A stretch of 61,316 nucleotides of DNA, counting the filler, from Bipalium vagum (Eukaryota), in assembly GCA_037834085.1 (NCBI GenBank). It is 3 parts of 3 records of this genome, joined end to end, with 100 filler letters (N's around TTAATTAATTAA, not from the genome) between each part and the next. Parts side by side here need not be neighbours in the genome. Positions count along the whole stretch, not along the records: positions 1 to 18,140 come from JBBMKC010039247.1; positions 18,241 to 43,591 come from JBBMKC010194941.1; 1 more part is not named here. The stretch is one strand, 5' to 3'. Below are positions 12,001 through 23,736 of the stretch, one piece after another. The position numbers and the translations under genes were made by a program. Below the pieces are notes generated by a model. It did not search any database. It worked only from the letters and a program-made list of their open reading frames with translations, and had not been told where the DNA came from. Position 1 is the stretch's first letter. Each line of letters begins with the position of its first letter.

Positions 12001-13994
12001 TAGAGATGAGTGGAATAAGAGGCCATGTTCTCGTCACCATCACCATCCCTGTCATTGATATCCATTGTGATGTTTTCGTTGTGTGATGAAGAATTATTGA
12101 TTCGGGACACGCTTCCTTCATCAATGTCTTTCGATTTTGTCCTCGTTATCGTTATCGCATTCTCATTTCCGATGGTTTCCAAACCCTGATCACCGTTCTC
12201 GTTATTTTGAACAAAAAACCCTGTTTTGCTACCAGTACTGTTATTATTATTAGTGTTTTGTGGTCTGCGATCACATTTTGTGAATTTTATCGTCATATTC
12301 TTGTCTGAAACGAAGAAAAAATGGTGAAAACCTTAACCGATCGATATCAATCAAGTGAGAGTAAAAAACCATACCAGAGGACCAGAATCAAAATAAAAAT
12401 GAACAAAATATTGGATAATCAATCAAAACATAAAAATAAAACAAATATTGATAATTTGATCATTGGTTTTAATTAAAAAATCAATATATAAAAATCAATA
12501 AATCGATTTTTTCAATAAACTGATCAAAGGCACAATCAGTGGTCTGAGGTCATACTAGAACAGAGCAATAATGAGTGAATAGACTCAATGAGAAACTAAC
12601 CAAAATTGACAGAACTCAAAGATAAACGAATTTGAAACAAAATTGCATCGCTTAATTCTTATCATTAAATTTTACTTGCCTATAAAAACCAATAAAATTA
12701 CTTTAAAATCACAAAAAGATTTATTAAATCGATAATATTTGATTAAATCAAATTTTCAGCAATCTGATCATATTGGCAGTTTTTTTTAAAATAGAATAAT
12801 AAATGATTATATTCAAAAATTAGAACAAGTCTCCGTCAAGATCACCTATAAATCGATAATCAAGGAAAGAAAGAAAGCGAAACGGTAAGCTAACATGAAA
12901 AAGATTCTCACTTGTCAAATGTTATTGTAATCAGGATTTTCGTTTAAAAATCAATAAAAAACATTCAATCGCAGAAAAATAGATTAAATCAATAAATTGT
13001 GATATTTAATATCGACTTATATTAATAAAAGAAAGATGGTGAAGGAAAAGCTATTTAAAAGAAACCAATTCAAATAAAAGACAGGATTATTAAAAGACAC
13101 TTACCGTCCTGAGAACGACTGCAAATAAAATCGGCTGCGTTTTCTTTCGAAGCGTCTTGGCTGTGGCTGTGAGCGTTCTGGTCAGGCTCGTTGTCCGCAG
13201 AACCTGGCGGTGCTACAGTTTCAGTACTCGGGCAGCTGTTGAGCACATTCAACGAAATTGATTGTATCCTGCGGTTCCGGAGCAACTGCTGGGCCGACCA
13301 GTGAGAGTAATTGTCCAGGAACAGAGTCTGAAAAAAATTCTCTGCGTCACAAAAATCATTAATTAAATAAACGATGTTGACTGAGAATCGATAAATCAAT
13401 CTGATATTTCATTTTTCCAGTAAAAATCAATAAAATTTAAAATTATAGATAAATCGATATATAAAAAAAAATCTTTTCAACGAGCTCGAGAAATGTGCGA
13501 TCGCTGTAATATAAAAAAGGAATAATAAGTGAATAAATGCAACAAAGAGGGAAACACAACGAGAACAAAAAAATCAGTAAAAGTGAAAAATATTGAAATA
13601 GATTTTAAAAATGAAACAAATCTACATTGCTTAATTATTGTCAAGTATTATTATGACGAAAAAATCAAAAGCACTTGAAAACGAAAGTTGATTGAATCAA
13701 TAATCGTTGAATCAAAAAATCGATTTTAGAATAAAATAACAAGTTAATGAGAAAGTATGAAAAGAAAAAGATAGTTTCTTAATAAAAAGAGCGAAGTCCG
13801 ACCTTCATCCTTTCCAAATCAAGATTGAGTTTATTTGTCCACTGAACCTTTTTGTCAGGACCATCAAAGTATTTGACGCTATCACTGCTGGTGACGGCGG
13901 TGGCGTTGAAGTTCTCACAGTCGGGACCGTGCCCGATGCTGCTCGTCGTCGTTACGTTGCTGTCGAATGTTGAGGGCAGGAAAATGTTGGGCAT
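2374..13994 (-). CDS. ASH1L: ASH1/ASH1L-family histone H3K36 methyltransferase, ~3,337 aa; join(13803..13994,13105..13327,11111..12304,8669..11037,6271..8580,2374..6099)
   Basis: YRRIRTNTYVDPKP pre-AWS motif; AWS (CGC...CSDSCLNR...CQCGDACGNQ); SET (FIMEYVGEV, RFVNHSCQPNC, ELCYDY); postSET (CLCGSASCRGFI); bromodomain (AFDQDVLQMLHNVEFY); PHD (IKCICG...MVQCDRCFVWQHAYC...YYCHIC); BAH (DFVYI...RIYSLW...FLRP...GRCFVL...VFVCD). This is the ASH1L domain order. All five GT-AG introns are phase-compatible and the exons sum to 10,014 nt. The two 5'-most exons are less certain. Confidence 0.93.
6271..8580 (-). CDS. ASH1L: ASH1L exon: bromodomain, PHD, BAH
   Basis: Acceptor cag at 8581, donor GTAAGT at 6270; 770 codons with bromo, PHD and BAH motifs. 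Confidence 0.92.
8669..11037 (-). CDS. ASH1L: ASH1L exon: AWS-SET-postSET
   Basis: Acceptor ctttag at 11038 (phase 1), donor CAG|GTGCTG at 8668; SET-domain signature motifs. Confidence 0.93.
11111..12304 (-). CDS. ASH1L: ASH1L N-terminal disordered exon
   Basis: Acceptor tttcag at 12305 (phase 1, G|AC); donor G|GTCGGT at 11110; lies within the 404-aa ORF; contains basic KRGRK and LPPRKR clusters. Confidence 0.8.
13105..13327 (-). CDS. ASH1L: ASH1L coding exon 2
   Basis: Acceptor ttttttcag at 13328, donor G|GTAAGT at 13104; GC-rich island; phase 0 in, phase 1 out, fitting both neighbours. Confidence 0.75.
13803..13994 (-). CDS. ASH1L: ASH1L probable first coding exon
   Basis: ATG at 13994, 64 codons to AAG|GTCGGA; GC-rich island. 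A probable 5'UTR intron lies at 14078-14202. Confidence 0.6.
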
Positions 13995-14419
13995 CGACGA
14001 CCCAGGATAGCTTCTGATCGTCTTCCGGCGGATGCCGTGGCCTTTGGTTGGTGGTGGCTTTGGGATCTTCGTTCGCTCTGCATTTATGTCGATCAGTTAT
14101 TTTTGATTTTAATTAGCGGTTTACCGAATCGTTTTACGAGATTATTAAGCGACTCGTTTAAAAGTGGGTTCAAAGAATAGATTATCGATTCGGTTTTCGT
14201 ACCTTAACAGTTTAGACAAGGAAGATATTAATGATTAAAGTCAAGTGAGAAAGAAAGTCGAACTTTTCAAAGAGTGACTATCGCTATTTTCATCTACAAC
14301 TGCTACTTTAGGTATATAAGTGATGTTTTTATTATCCACATTTTCACTAACAATCTCCATTGCATTGATTTTCAGATTAACGATAATTAACTTTAAATAA
14401 TTAAAATAAACATAATTTT

Positions 14420-14430
14420 AAAATGGCGGC
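14420..14430 (+). promoter_or_regulatory. YY1/Pho-type motif AAAATGGCGGC near presumed ASH1L promoter
   Basis: Consensus-like 11-mer standing out in very AT-rich DNA about 220 bp beyond the putative 5'UTR donor. Confidence 0.3.
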
Positions 14431-14849
14431 TAGAAAAACAAATGACAATATACAAACAAAGGATTGATAGTGTATTAATTATATTTAAATTTTCTTTCTT
14501 TAAAGTCTATCAGTTCTTTAATTATATATTAATAATGCGAATGAATTATTATTTGAATCAAATTATCTAAATTAAATTAATTGAATTTTGTATTTAAAAA
14601 TTATTTAAAATAAAATTATATCAAAATTTCTAAAAGCAAATCAAATAGATATATTAAACTTTTAAAGATAGATTCATTCATTTAGAAAATTAAATTACTT
14701 TGTACGTATGTAAGATGTAAACTTTTGTTAAATGTACGTATGAAAACAAGTAATCGAAATAATTTTAAAATCTTAAATTTGTTAGGATGCTACATTTTTC
14801 CCAATTGATATTGTGCATATGTGATCTTAACCTCTTGTCGGTATATACT

Positions 14850-15550
14850 CTCTTAATTTTGGATAATGCACTTTGCCATAAGAATTTCATATTATCCAAC
14901 GTACAGTTTTTATTCCTGCCAAAGAATTCAACTGCATCTTTACAACCTTTGATGCTGGAATAATTCGAGCATTAAAAAGTTATTATAAAAAGTTTTATTT
15001 GAGAAAACTACTGGACATACAGAACTTCATGATAACATTAAAGATATTCAATAAGCTGTTACTCTTTCAGATTTTATTTATATGATACAGAAGTCATGGA
15101 ACGAGATTAGTGTTTCAATAATTGTAAATTGTTGGAATCATACTGGGTTAATCACTTTTGAAACCTCTTTGAATAAATCTGACATTAATTAAGTATTGCA
15201 AGATAATCTTGATTTCCATCTATAAATCAATTTTAAATCTCCGTTATCAGGCGATGAATATGTTTGCCTTGATGATAATATTGACATTTGGGATGAGCTG
15301 AATACGGAGGAGATTGTTGAATTGTTAAATCAACGAATAATTTATCTTCAGATGAATAGGAATCTGTCAATGAACTAGTGCATATTCCAAGTATAAATGT
15401 TGATTGTCTTAATACCATTAGGTGAATTCTATGTTATAATAATGCATCAGCTGATGAAAATCTCCTAAAAAATTGATGAAGTTTGAAGAAAAAATTAGAA
15501 TTACTTTGCACCCGACATTGAAACAAAGAACATTTATTGAATATTTTAAA
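14850..15550 (+). mobile_element. Decayed pogo/Tigger (DDE_1, CENP-B-like) transposase relic
   Basis: LDNALCH, FLPKNSTASLQP-DAGIIRALKSYY and SWNEI...IVNCWNHTG motifs, broken by frameshifts. Confidence 0.7.
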
Positions 15551-16051
15551 TAAAATATTACATTTAGGAATCTACACTAGGAAGAATGTAGATGCCCTAA
15601 AGTAAAATATTGAATTTGGTAACTAATTCATAAAACCATGGATGCTGGAAATAAAAAAAGAATTCTGAAGTAGTTAATTTTAACAAAAGCAAAAACGGGA
15701 AATAATTACATTCACTTACGTCTTTATTTATGTAATTTTAAGTTACAATAAAATCGATTTTTATTGTTTTTTGATTTTTGAATTTTTCGAATTAACTTTC
15801 TAGTTAATATAAACTATAAATTTAGAATTTTTAAAACTCGAATTCCTAATTTTCAGCTGTCTTCTTATACTAATTTTTACTATTTACGTTCTCATGCTGA
15901 CGTAATCTCATTTTAATTTTGAGTAGCGTAATTCCTCAATCTTACTGTCGCCAATTTCCTTAAACGCAGATATAATTAAATTAATTTTAATATTTTGATT
16001 TATTATCTTTTAAATATATGTTACATCATTTTATATTTATTTATAGTATAA

Positions 16052-17110
16052 TATTAGGTTGTTCCATAAGTAATTTACCATTTCGTAATGAAGAGTTTAG
16101 GATTAAAGTTTAACATTTTAAATATATATTTATAATAAACTTGATATTTACCTGTAGCTCTTGTTTGCTTGAATCCGTTGTATATGATTATTTTTTTTAA
16201 AAAAATAATTTTAGGTTAAATTAGTATGTAGAAAATGGAAATTGATAAAATTGTATTATGATGATTTGAAAACAATTATTGAATCAAACCCACAGAATGC
16301 AGTAAGAAATTTATCCAAGCAATTATCAGTATCTATCTCAACTGTTTCTCAACACCTAAAGGAAATTGGCATGGTTAAAAAGTTAAATAAGTGGATGCCG
16401 CATTTATTAACTGATTATCAAAAACAAATGAGATATGATATCTGCTCAAAACTGATTCAGAGAAATAAAAATAATCCATTTTTGCGCAGAATAATTACGT
16501 GTGATTAAAAATGGATCCTTTAAGATAACCGTAAACGTCCATCTGAGTGGGTAGATCGTGGTTCAATTCCAAATTGTTCTCCAAAACCAAGTTTGCATCC
16601 AAAAAAGATTTTAATATCAGTTCGAATGCATCAGACGGGTTTGATTCATTATGAATTTCTATAAAAACGGTGAATCAAAAACATCAGATGTATATTGAAA
16701 CGTCAATATTGATATGTCAATTGAAACATATGCATCAAAAATTAAAAGTTTTGCATCCAGCAATTGTCAACAGAAATATTCCAATTTTTCTGCAAGACAA
16801 TGCGAGGCCACATATCGGACAACAAACACTGCAAAAGGTAAATGACCTTGGATATGAGATTCTTCCACATGAGGCATACTCACCGGACTTATCTCCTACG
16901 AATTATTTTTATTTCAAGTAATAAATTATTTTCTGTTTCGTAAGGTTTTCAATAGTTACGACATCGTAAAACGGGTAATTGAAGAATTCATCGTGTCTCG
17001 TAAACATGATTTCTATGAAAAAGGAATACTAAGTCTTCAATCACGTTGGGAACAATGTATTAAATGTAATGGAAATTATTTTTAATAAATAAATGTCTTA
17101 AGTCAAAAAT
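16052..17110 (+). mobile_element. Decayed mariner (Mos1-like DD34D) transposon
   Basis: TA-TTAGGTTG terminal sequence; WMPHLL, RIITCD*KW, DNARPH and YSPDLSPTNY motifs with stops and frameshifts. Confidence 0.85.
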
Positions 17111-17249
17111 TATTTCATTTTCTTTTTCATTCGAATTATTATTGGTATTATTATTGGTAATACAGTATTATTGGTAAAAAGGAGTTTAAACATTGGAGAC
17201 CTCTAGAATAATATGGTAATTTGAAGGTGAAAATTCAACAAATTGCAAG

Positions 17250-17900
17250 CTTGTACAATCTTGATATGGTCGATTTCATGACTATTTTACGTAAACCGAA
17301 AGGCAATTATCACAGGAACTAAATATTAATACAACAAGCGTCTTTTGTGATCACGCTATGAGAATCTTCTAAAAATATTTCAAGATATAACACCTGGACA
17401 ACTAAAAATACGAGTAAGTGTCTGTTAAACCTTACTAAACTATCCAAAGGACATTCGTTTTTGGTGTTAAATAGTTATATGTTTCAAAAAGTGGATATAT
17501 TATGTGTCCGTTAATAACAAAAAACCACGGTGTCTACCTGGTGATGCCTGCCGTTAAACAGTCAAGGTTTCCAAAGAAAATTCTGATTTCTGTATGGCGG
17601 AATTATGAGGGCATAATAGAATTAAAATTAATTCTAGAAGGTCATTCAATAACATCTGAAGTTTATTGTCAGCAGTTAAATCGTGTTCACGAAATAATAC
17701 AACAATTTATCCACAATCAATCAATCGAAATCGTGATCTCTTACAACAGAATAATGCAAGGCCACACAAAGCTAAAATGACAATGGCAAAGATAGAACTT
17801 GCTGAATTTGAACCAATTCCTCATCTAGCATACAGTCAAGATCTAGCAGTTCTAGCAATCTCTTTGGTTCTGTGACTTATTATCAGGGTGCCAACAGTTC
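17250..17900 (+). mobile_element. Mariner transposase fragment
   Basis: KKILISVW, YCQQL, QQNNARPH and HLAYSQDLA motifs in two frames. Confidence 0.75.
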
Positions 17901-18006
17901 TTTGATTAATTAAAAACTTGGAGGGGTATTTAATTTTTTTCATAATGATTTTTCAAAATCCAGCAGATTTTATGTATAAACCAGAGAACTAAAACATATG
18001 CATATA

Positions 18007-18112
18007 CAGTGAAACCTGCTTTAATTGAACACCATAGTGCCCTTGATGAAAAGTTCAAATTAAAGAGGTGTTCAGATAATCAAGGTGTTCAAGTTTAACA
18101 GGTTACATTACA
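18007..18112. mobile_element. pogo/Tigger-type terminal hairpin or small MITE
   Basis: ta-CAGTGAAACCTGCTTTAATTGAACACC is an imperfect inverted repeat of GGTGTTCAAGTTTAACAGGTTACATT. Confidence 0.45.
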
Positions 18113-18140
18113 CATCTGTTTACACTTTTGTTCAATTTTA

Positions 18141-18240
18141 NNNNNNNNNNNNNNNNNNNNNNNNNNNNNNNNNNNNNNNNNNNNTTAATTAATTAANNNN
18201 NNNNNNNNNNNNNNNNNNNNNNNNNNNNNNNNNNNNNNNN
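18141..18240. other. Assembly gap with artificial TTAATTAATTAA spacer
   Basis: 44 N + TTAATTAATTAA + 44 N; the spacer has stops in all six frames; same construct at 43592-43691. Confidence 0.95.
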
Positions 18241-18577
18241 ACAAGCTATGCAATCATTTCGATCGAAATCCTGTGGATGTATTGGTGATGGACAATTGCA
18301 GGTTCCATCACCGCAAAGATATTATTAAGTTGATGACAGAACGAGGTATTGCTTACAGATTTCTGCCACCATACTCCCTCAACTAAACCCGAACGAAGAG
18401 TTTTTCAGCAGCTTTAAGTCGCAAATATCATCCTTTATGAGAACCGTTATAAATCGGGATGGTTTAAAAGAATTGATTACCCAAGTACTCATGCACGACG
18501 ATATGGATATCAGTGGTTATTTTCGCAACATGAGGCGGTTTATAGAAAAAGCCTTGTCGAGACAATAATTTATTTAG
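18241..18577 (+). mobile_element. 3' part of IS630/Tc1-like DD34E transposase
   Basis: VLVMDNCRFHH...FLPPYS(P)QLNPNEEFFS with one frameshift; 34 residues between D and E; truncated by the gap. Confidence 0.8.
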
Positions 18578-19584
18578 TGTACATTTGTCATTTGAAATAT
18601 ATTTTTTTTCTATATATTTCTGCATAACCCTGTAAAAACAATAATTCATTATGATTGATTAAATAACAAAAATCGATTGAAATATTGAACATTTATTTAA
18701 GAAATTCAGAAATATAAAATAAAAAATATAATAATTGATTTTTTCATGAAAAAACAAATACGTAATTATTACATAATTAATTATGAAAAATGATAATATA
18801 TTAAGTTTGTCAGACTGGTTCTGACTGATGCCAACGTGTGAATGAATCAGAATCATTAATAATGACGTATGAACTATTTAAAACCGTTTTGATAAATTAT
18901 TGTATGGAATGCAAAGTCTTAGTCTAAAAATGCCAATCAAATCTCTGGACCAAGCTTTGGTAGGGAAACTGGTGATTTACCGACCAGTGATACAGATCTA
19001 TTATTAATATTATTATACATCATACGTCTTCGTCATTAGGCCTTTTATCACGTATCTCGATTTATGAACCAATTATTTATTTTATTTCACATTTTACTGG
19101 GAAGGATATTTTATTTATTCTACATTTTAAAGAATATCATAGTTTCGTGCCAATAAATATGCATTGCATTATCATATAAAATATAATTTCAGATTAAAAT
19201 TTTAAAATAAAATATGAAAAATTTATTATTAATTAATTTTTTATAAATCTTTTTCCTCGTAATAATTATTTTCTTCAAGATGTTTTGATTCTTTATTTGT
19301 TTTCATTTGAACAGACATTTGAATTATTAATTATTATATTAGATGATAATTAATATTAAATTTTATTATTAATGTGCTTAAAATTTAGTTTTCAAGGGTA
19401 TTCTGTCAAGTTGAGAGTTATCAATTGAATATTTTTTAAAAAATAGATATCATCAAAATTAACAAAAGAAATATTTATTATTTACACTCGTTCGACAGTC
19501 CTCAAGTTCTTGCATATTGATAAATTTATAAAATATAAATACAAATGAAATAAAACATTTTATAATGATATAATTAATGGTACT

Positions 19585-19666
19585 AGTTAAATCTTCTTTC
19601 AATTGATTCATAACAATTGGGATTTCAAAACTAGTTACTTAATATTCAAACAAATTTAGTATATCT
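19585..19666 (-). repeat. 3' LTR (82 bp)
   Basis: 71/82 identical to 23655-23736 with no indels (manual alignment). Confidence 0.85.
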
Positions 19667-22600
19667 CGCCCTTTGGACACGAAGACGACCATCTTATCAG
19701 CCATTCAATTCTTCTCTGCTTGATGCTATCTGGATCTTTTGGTCTACTTGATGAGGAAAAAAGTTACGCAAAATTTTGTAGGGTTCTTCATATTGAAAAT
19801 CATTCTTCTTCCGTTTGTGTGGTTTCATCTTGACTAAAACTGAATCTCCAAACGAAATAATTCGTGGTCTACGTTTGGTCCTTTAGAATTGAACCATTTT
19901 GTCTGCAGCTGTATCCAAATTTACTTTCACTTCCTTTGTAATATCAGTCTCAATCCCGATACCCTTGTCCAATACCGAATGGATATTCTATTTGTGACCG
20001 TAGTCGATTTGAACGGTGAGAATTTTGTCAAGCTTTGCTGGGTAGCATTAATGCTAAACTCAATTCTCGGTAGCAGTTCGTACCAGTCCTATTCTTCACA
20101 ACCACTCTTTATTGAAGTAGTTATCATGTCTCAAATCGTCTCGAATCCTCTTCACAAGACCATTTGATTGGTGCTAAAAGGGAGCACTGAATTTCTGCTT
20201 GATATTCATACTTTTCCATTTTTGTTGTAGTCAAGTGCTTTCAAAATTGCGTAGTGTGTCTGTCAGGATACTCTCCGGCCTTCCAAATTTATAAACCCAG
20301 TTGTTCATAATTTTTTTGTATAGTTCTATCATTTATTTTAGTCAACGCGCTCTAGTTCACCAGCTTACTGAAATGATTCATAAAGACAAGGACATATTTT
20401 TAACTAGCTTTCGATCAAGGTCTATCACAATCTGTTTCAGAAAATGTTCACTACTTCTCGGGATCAAAACCTCTGCGGTGCGTGTTTGATGTATTATCCT
20501 CTTCACACAGATCAGATAGGTTTTCAGGCACGTTTTAATGGAACTCCACATTGCTGACCCAAAATAATGGTCCTCGAGATAATGATATATGTTTTGCTTT
20601 CTAAATGACAGAGTTCTTCGTGTTTGCTTGGGCAAATTCCGTCACATAACTATCAGGAATACCTTTCCCGAGTATTCTGACATGCAACTAATAGATTACC
20701 GATGACATTCAAATCATCTTTCACCCGAAAAAGACCATTTTCTTTCAAAGTTTACAACAGGTCCCGTTTTCTTTCTTTAATATACTTTTTAAACTTCACA
20801 ACCGTTTGGTCACTATCCTGTCTGCGCTTAATTTCCTCAAATCTAGTACTTGTCTCACTCAACACATTAATATAACGAGTTATCGATTTCTCGGTCTATG
20901 TCAGCTGCATGGTGGATTTGGCATTGTGCACACAAAACCTCCGAAATTCTGGGCAAACCATCAGCATTACTGTGCTCTTCACCTTTCCTATAGCTGAACT
21001 CAAAAATGAATTCTGATAAATTTGCCAGCCAAGTCTGGAATTGGGAATTGATATATTTTTGTGTCATTAATAAATACCAAGGCCTTATGGTTCGTACGGA
21101 CTAAAAATCGCTTTCATATAAGTATTGTTAAAAATGGAAAACGAATTCATACACTGCCAGCAACTCATTCCGGATAATCGAGTATTGGGACATTACATAT
21201 TCTACTTTTTATTTCTTCAAAGCTTTTCTGGCATTCATTTGGCCAACGTAACCGTTTATCACCTTCCGATGTCACGGCATATAATGGTGCTACTATCTTT
21301 GTATATTTATCAAAAACACTGAGCGCAGATTCGAGACATTTGGGCTATCCCACTTTCATAATCTCCTGCATCATCTTTTCATTTGTACTAATTCCTGCTG
21401 CATTCACTATATGTCCAAGAAACACTATTTCTTTTGGATTAATTTTACACTTTCCTGGATTTAGATTTAGCTCTGCTACAAAATTCTTCTTAAAACCTAA
21501 TCTTGATTATTCTGACTTTCAGGAGCCCCATATATAAGTATATCATCCAGATACACAACGGCAACAATAAAAATAAAACCATTCAACAATTTGTGAATCA
21601 ATTTCTGAAACATAGGTGAAGTTGTGGCGAAATCAAACGGACTTCTATTGAAACAAAACTGACCTTGCTTTGTGCTAAAAGCAGTGATTTTTCGGACAAC
21701 TCCATATGGTAATATGCTTGAGATCTAGAGAAAAGAAGAACGTCGAATTGGCCAAAAAATCAAATAATAACTGAATATCTAACTTAGAAAAGAAATTTTT
21801 TCCGTAATAGCGTTAATACGTCTAATATCCACTCATATTCGAATCGACCCATCTTTATTTCAATCCACCACCAATGAAGAGTTCCACGGACTCTTTTATT
21901 TACGTTCACACCCACTGATATGAGTTGCATTATCATTTCGTCACTTTTGGATTCGTCATGCATAGGTTGCCGCCTTAGATGTTGCATATTGGACCTGCTG
22001 TGACTCTTATGTCATGTTCCACCACCTTAGTGTGCCCGATGTCAAATGTCTATTCCATAAGATGTGTGCATATTTTATTAATAAATTGTGTAATCGCTGT
22101 TTTAAACAGAGTTTTACAATCAATACTTGCGCTGTTCATTAGTAAATTTCTTTTGTAAATCCACCTTCTCAATACTTCTAATTTCATTCAATTCGACCAC
22201 AAATAATCTCATCAAATTTACCCCACTGACAAAACCTGGTTGTATATAATCCGTACTATTACAATATCTACTTCACGGCCTTTTTTATCTGACACTCACT
22301 GTACAGGCACCAAGAGGATTTTTGACACCTGAAAAAACTTCACTCGGTAATAAGTTGTTCTTCACTAACTTCAGCATACCAACTTTCTTCCAATACTCTT
22401 CACTCATCATCGTGACTGAAGCTCCTGAGTCACACAACATTTTCAACTGCTGTTCATATTCCGATTTTGAAAAATCTTTATTGATTTAATCCCACCGTCG
22501 AAATGTAAGCGATGGAATCGTTCAGGTTTTTTTTCATACCCTTCCGTTTCCAAATTATCTTCTCCGTCTGAAATTGAATCTTCCATTTTCTCGTGTATAT

Positions 22601-23654
22601 ACAATACCGTCCTTTGCTGTCTTTGCAAGTTCTCTTCTAATAGGTGACAATCTCAAAACTGGTATTAGTATTTTCAAAAAATTAAACATCTTACTTTCGT
22701 TGAAAAACGTTTCTTCTTTGATCATTACCGCCACAGCAAAAACACTGTACTGAATTCAACTTTATTTCTCTCGGTGCAGGTAAACCTTTTCGTTTGTTAT
22801 ATAAACATCTCGCCACATGTTTCATTACAACTCTTGGATTGATCCTTCTAGGTTCCGACGTCCCTGTGTTATAATTTACAATCGGAGTATCCGCTCTGTC
22901 TCTGCTACCGCTATTTTCGTTGTGTCTTATGGGCTCAGCAAATAGAGCTCCGTACGTTTTTCTTGTATCACCACAGCTGCTATAATATTTAATCTCCGAA
23001 ATTTTACACTTGTAACGTTGTTTATCATAAAAATCATTTCTCGTGGCTTCCGCATAACTTTGCTTGCTAGCGGAATTTATTTGACAACACTCCTCTTGTT
23101 ATTCTTGGGATTCGTATAGATTCGCTAAACTTCTGATTTCTGTTGAATCAATATTTAGCTTCGAAATTAGTGCTTCTTTTAACCTCCCGCTTCTAGTTCT
23201 CTTTGTTAAGAGATCTTTGATCATTTCGGTTCTAGTCAAATTCTAATCTAACATACTATTCAGTAAGTTCTAATCTCGAAGGTTGCGAATCTCTCATCTT
23301 ATCTTTGGTTTTCCTCTGTCAACTCCATAATGAGATCTGTGAAAGACTTCTTGGCGGTAAAGATATCTAGAAACCAATGCTTAGCATTGGGCACTGTCGT
23401 ATCTTCCAATTTAAAATGTTTCCACAGAATATCGACATCATCCGTCAGTCAGAAACGCCAATCAAGTAAAATTCATTGATGTGCAACCACACTTCGATTT
23501 TCGTCAGACATTTCTCAGCCTCCTGGGTGTCTCACTCATCGAATTTGTGGATTTGAAACGACAAAAATTCTTGTACTTTCTTTGGTAAAGCATTTAATAG
23601 GATCTTCTTTTCCCGTTGTCTAGTGATGAAATTAACATTTTCTGTGTGATCGCC

Positions 23655-23736
23655 AGTTATATCTTCTTTCAATTGATTCATAACAACTTGAATTTCAAAA
23701 CTATTTATTTAATTTTCAAAAAAATTTAGTTTAATT
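23655..23736 (-). repeat. 5' LTR (82 bp)
   Basis: Partner of 19585-19666; its last base overlaps the PBS TGGCGATC. Confidence 0.85.

Larger units (their letters stand above)
19585..23736 (-). mobile_element. Decayed Ty3/gypsy LTR retrotransposon with 82-bp LTRs
   Basis: Direct repeats at 19585-19666 and 23655-23736; PBS-like TGGCGATC; purine-rich AAAGGGCG before the 3' LTR; TSD-like GTACT/GTACA. Protease MLCDSGASVT (~22420), RT YLDD (~21550), RNase H FLVRTNHKAL (~21095) and integrase remnants (~19900-20650) are in gypsy order. Confidence 0.88.

Noticed and set aside
2545-12003. Many long plus-strand ORFs (e.g. 4520-5509, 329 aa; 11374-12003; 10287-10853) rich in Val/Leu/Asp
   Set aside because: They are antisense shadows of the Thr/Ser/Asn-rich ASH1L exons (ACN gives GTN-type codons), with no domain motifs or independent splice signals.
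11082-12296. ORFs 11082-12296, 8648-11053, 6250-8580 and 2374-6087 as separate genes or an operon
   Set aside because: Short AT-rich GT-AG introns join them in compatible phases into one ASH1L domain architecture.
16242-16921. SETMAR-like SET-mariner fusion suggested by a mariner near a SET gene
   Set aside because: The mariner is on the opposite strand, upstream of the promoter and disrupted by stops; there is no splice path to the SET exons.
18185-18196. TTAATTAATTAA palindrome inside N runs (also 43636-43647)
   Set aside because: Artificial six-frame-stop scaffolding spacer. It also means adjacency and distance across these gaps are not guaranteed.
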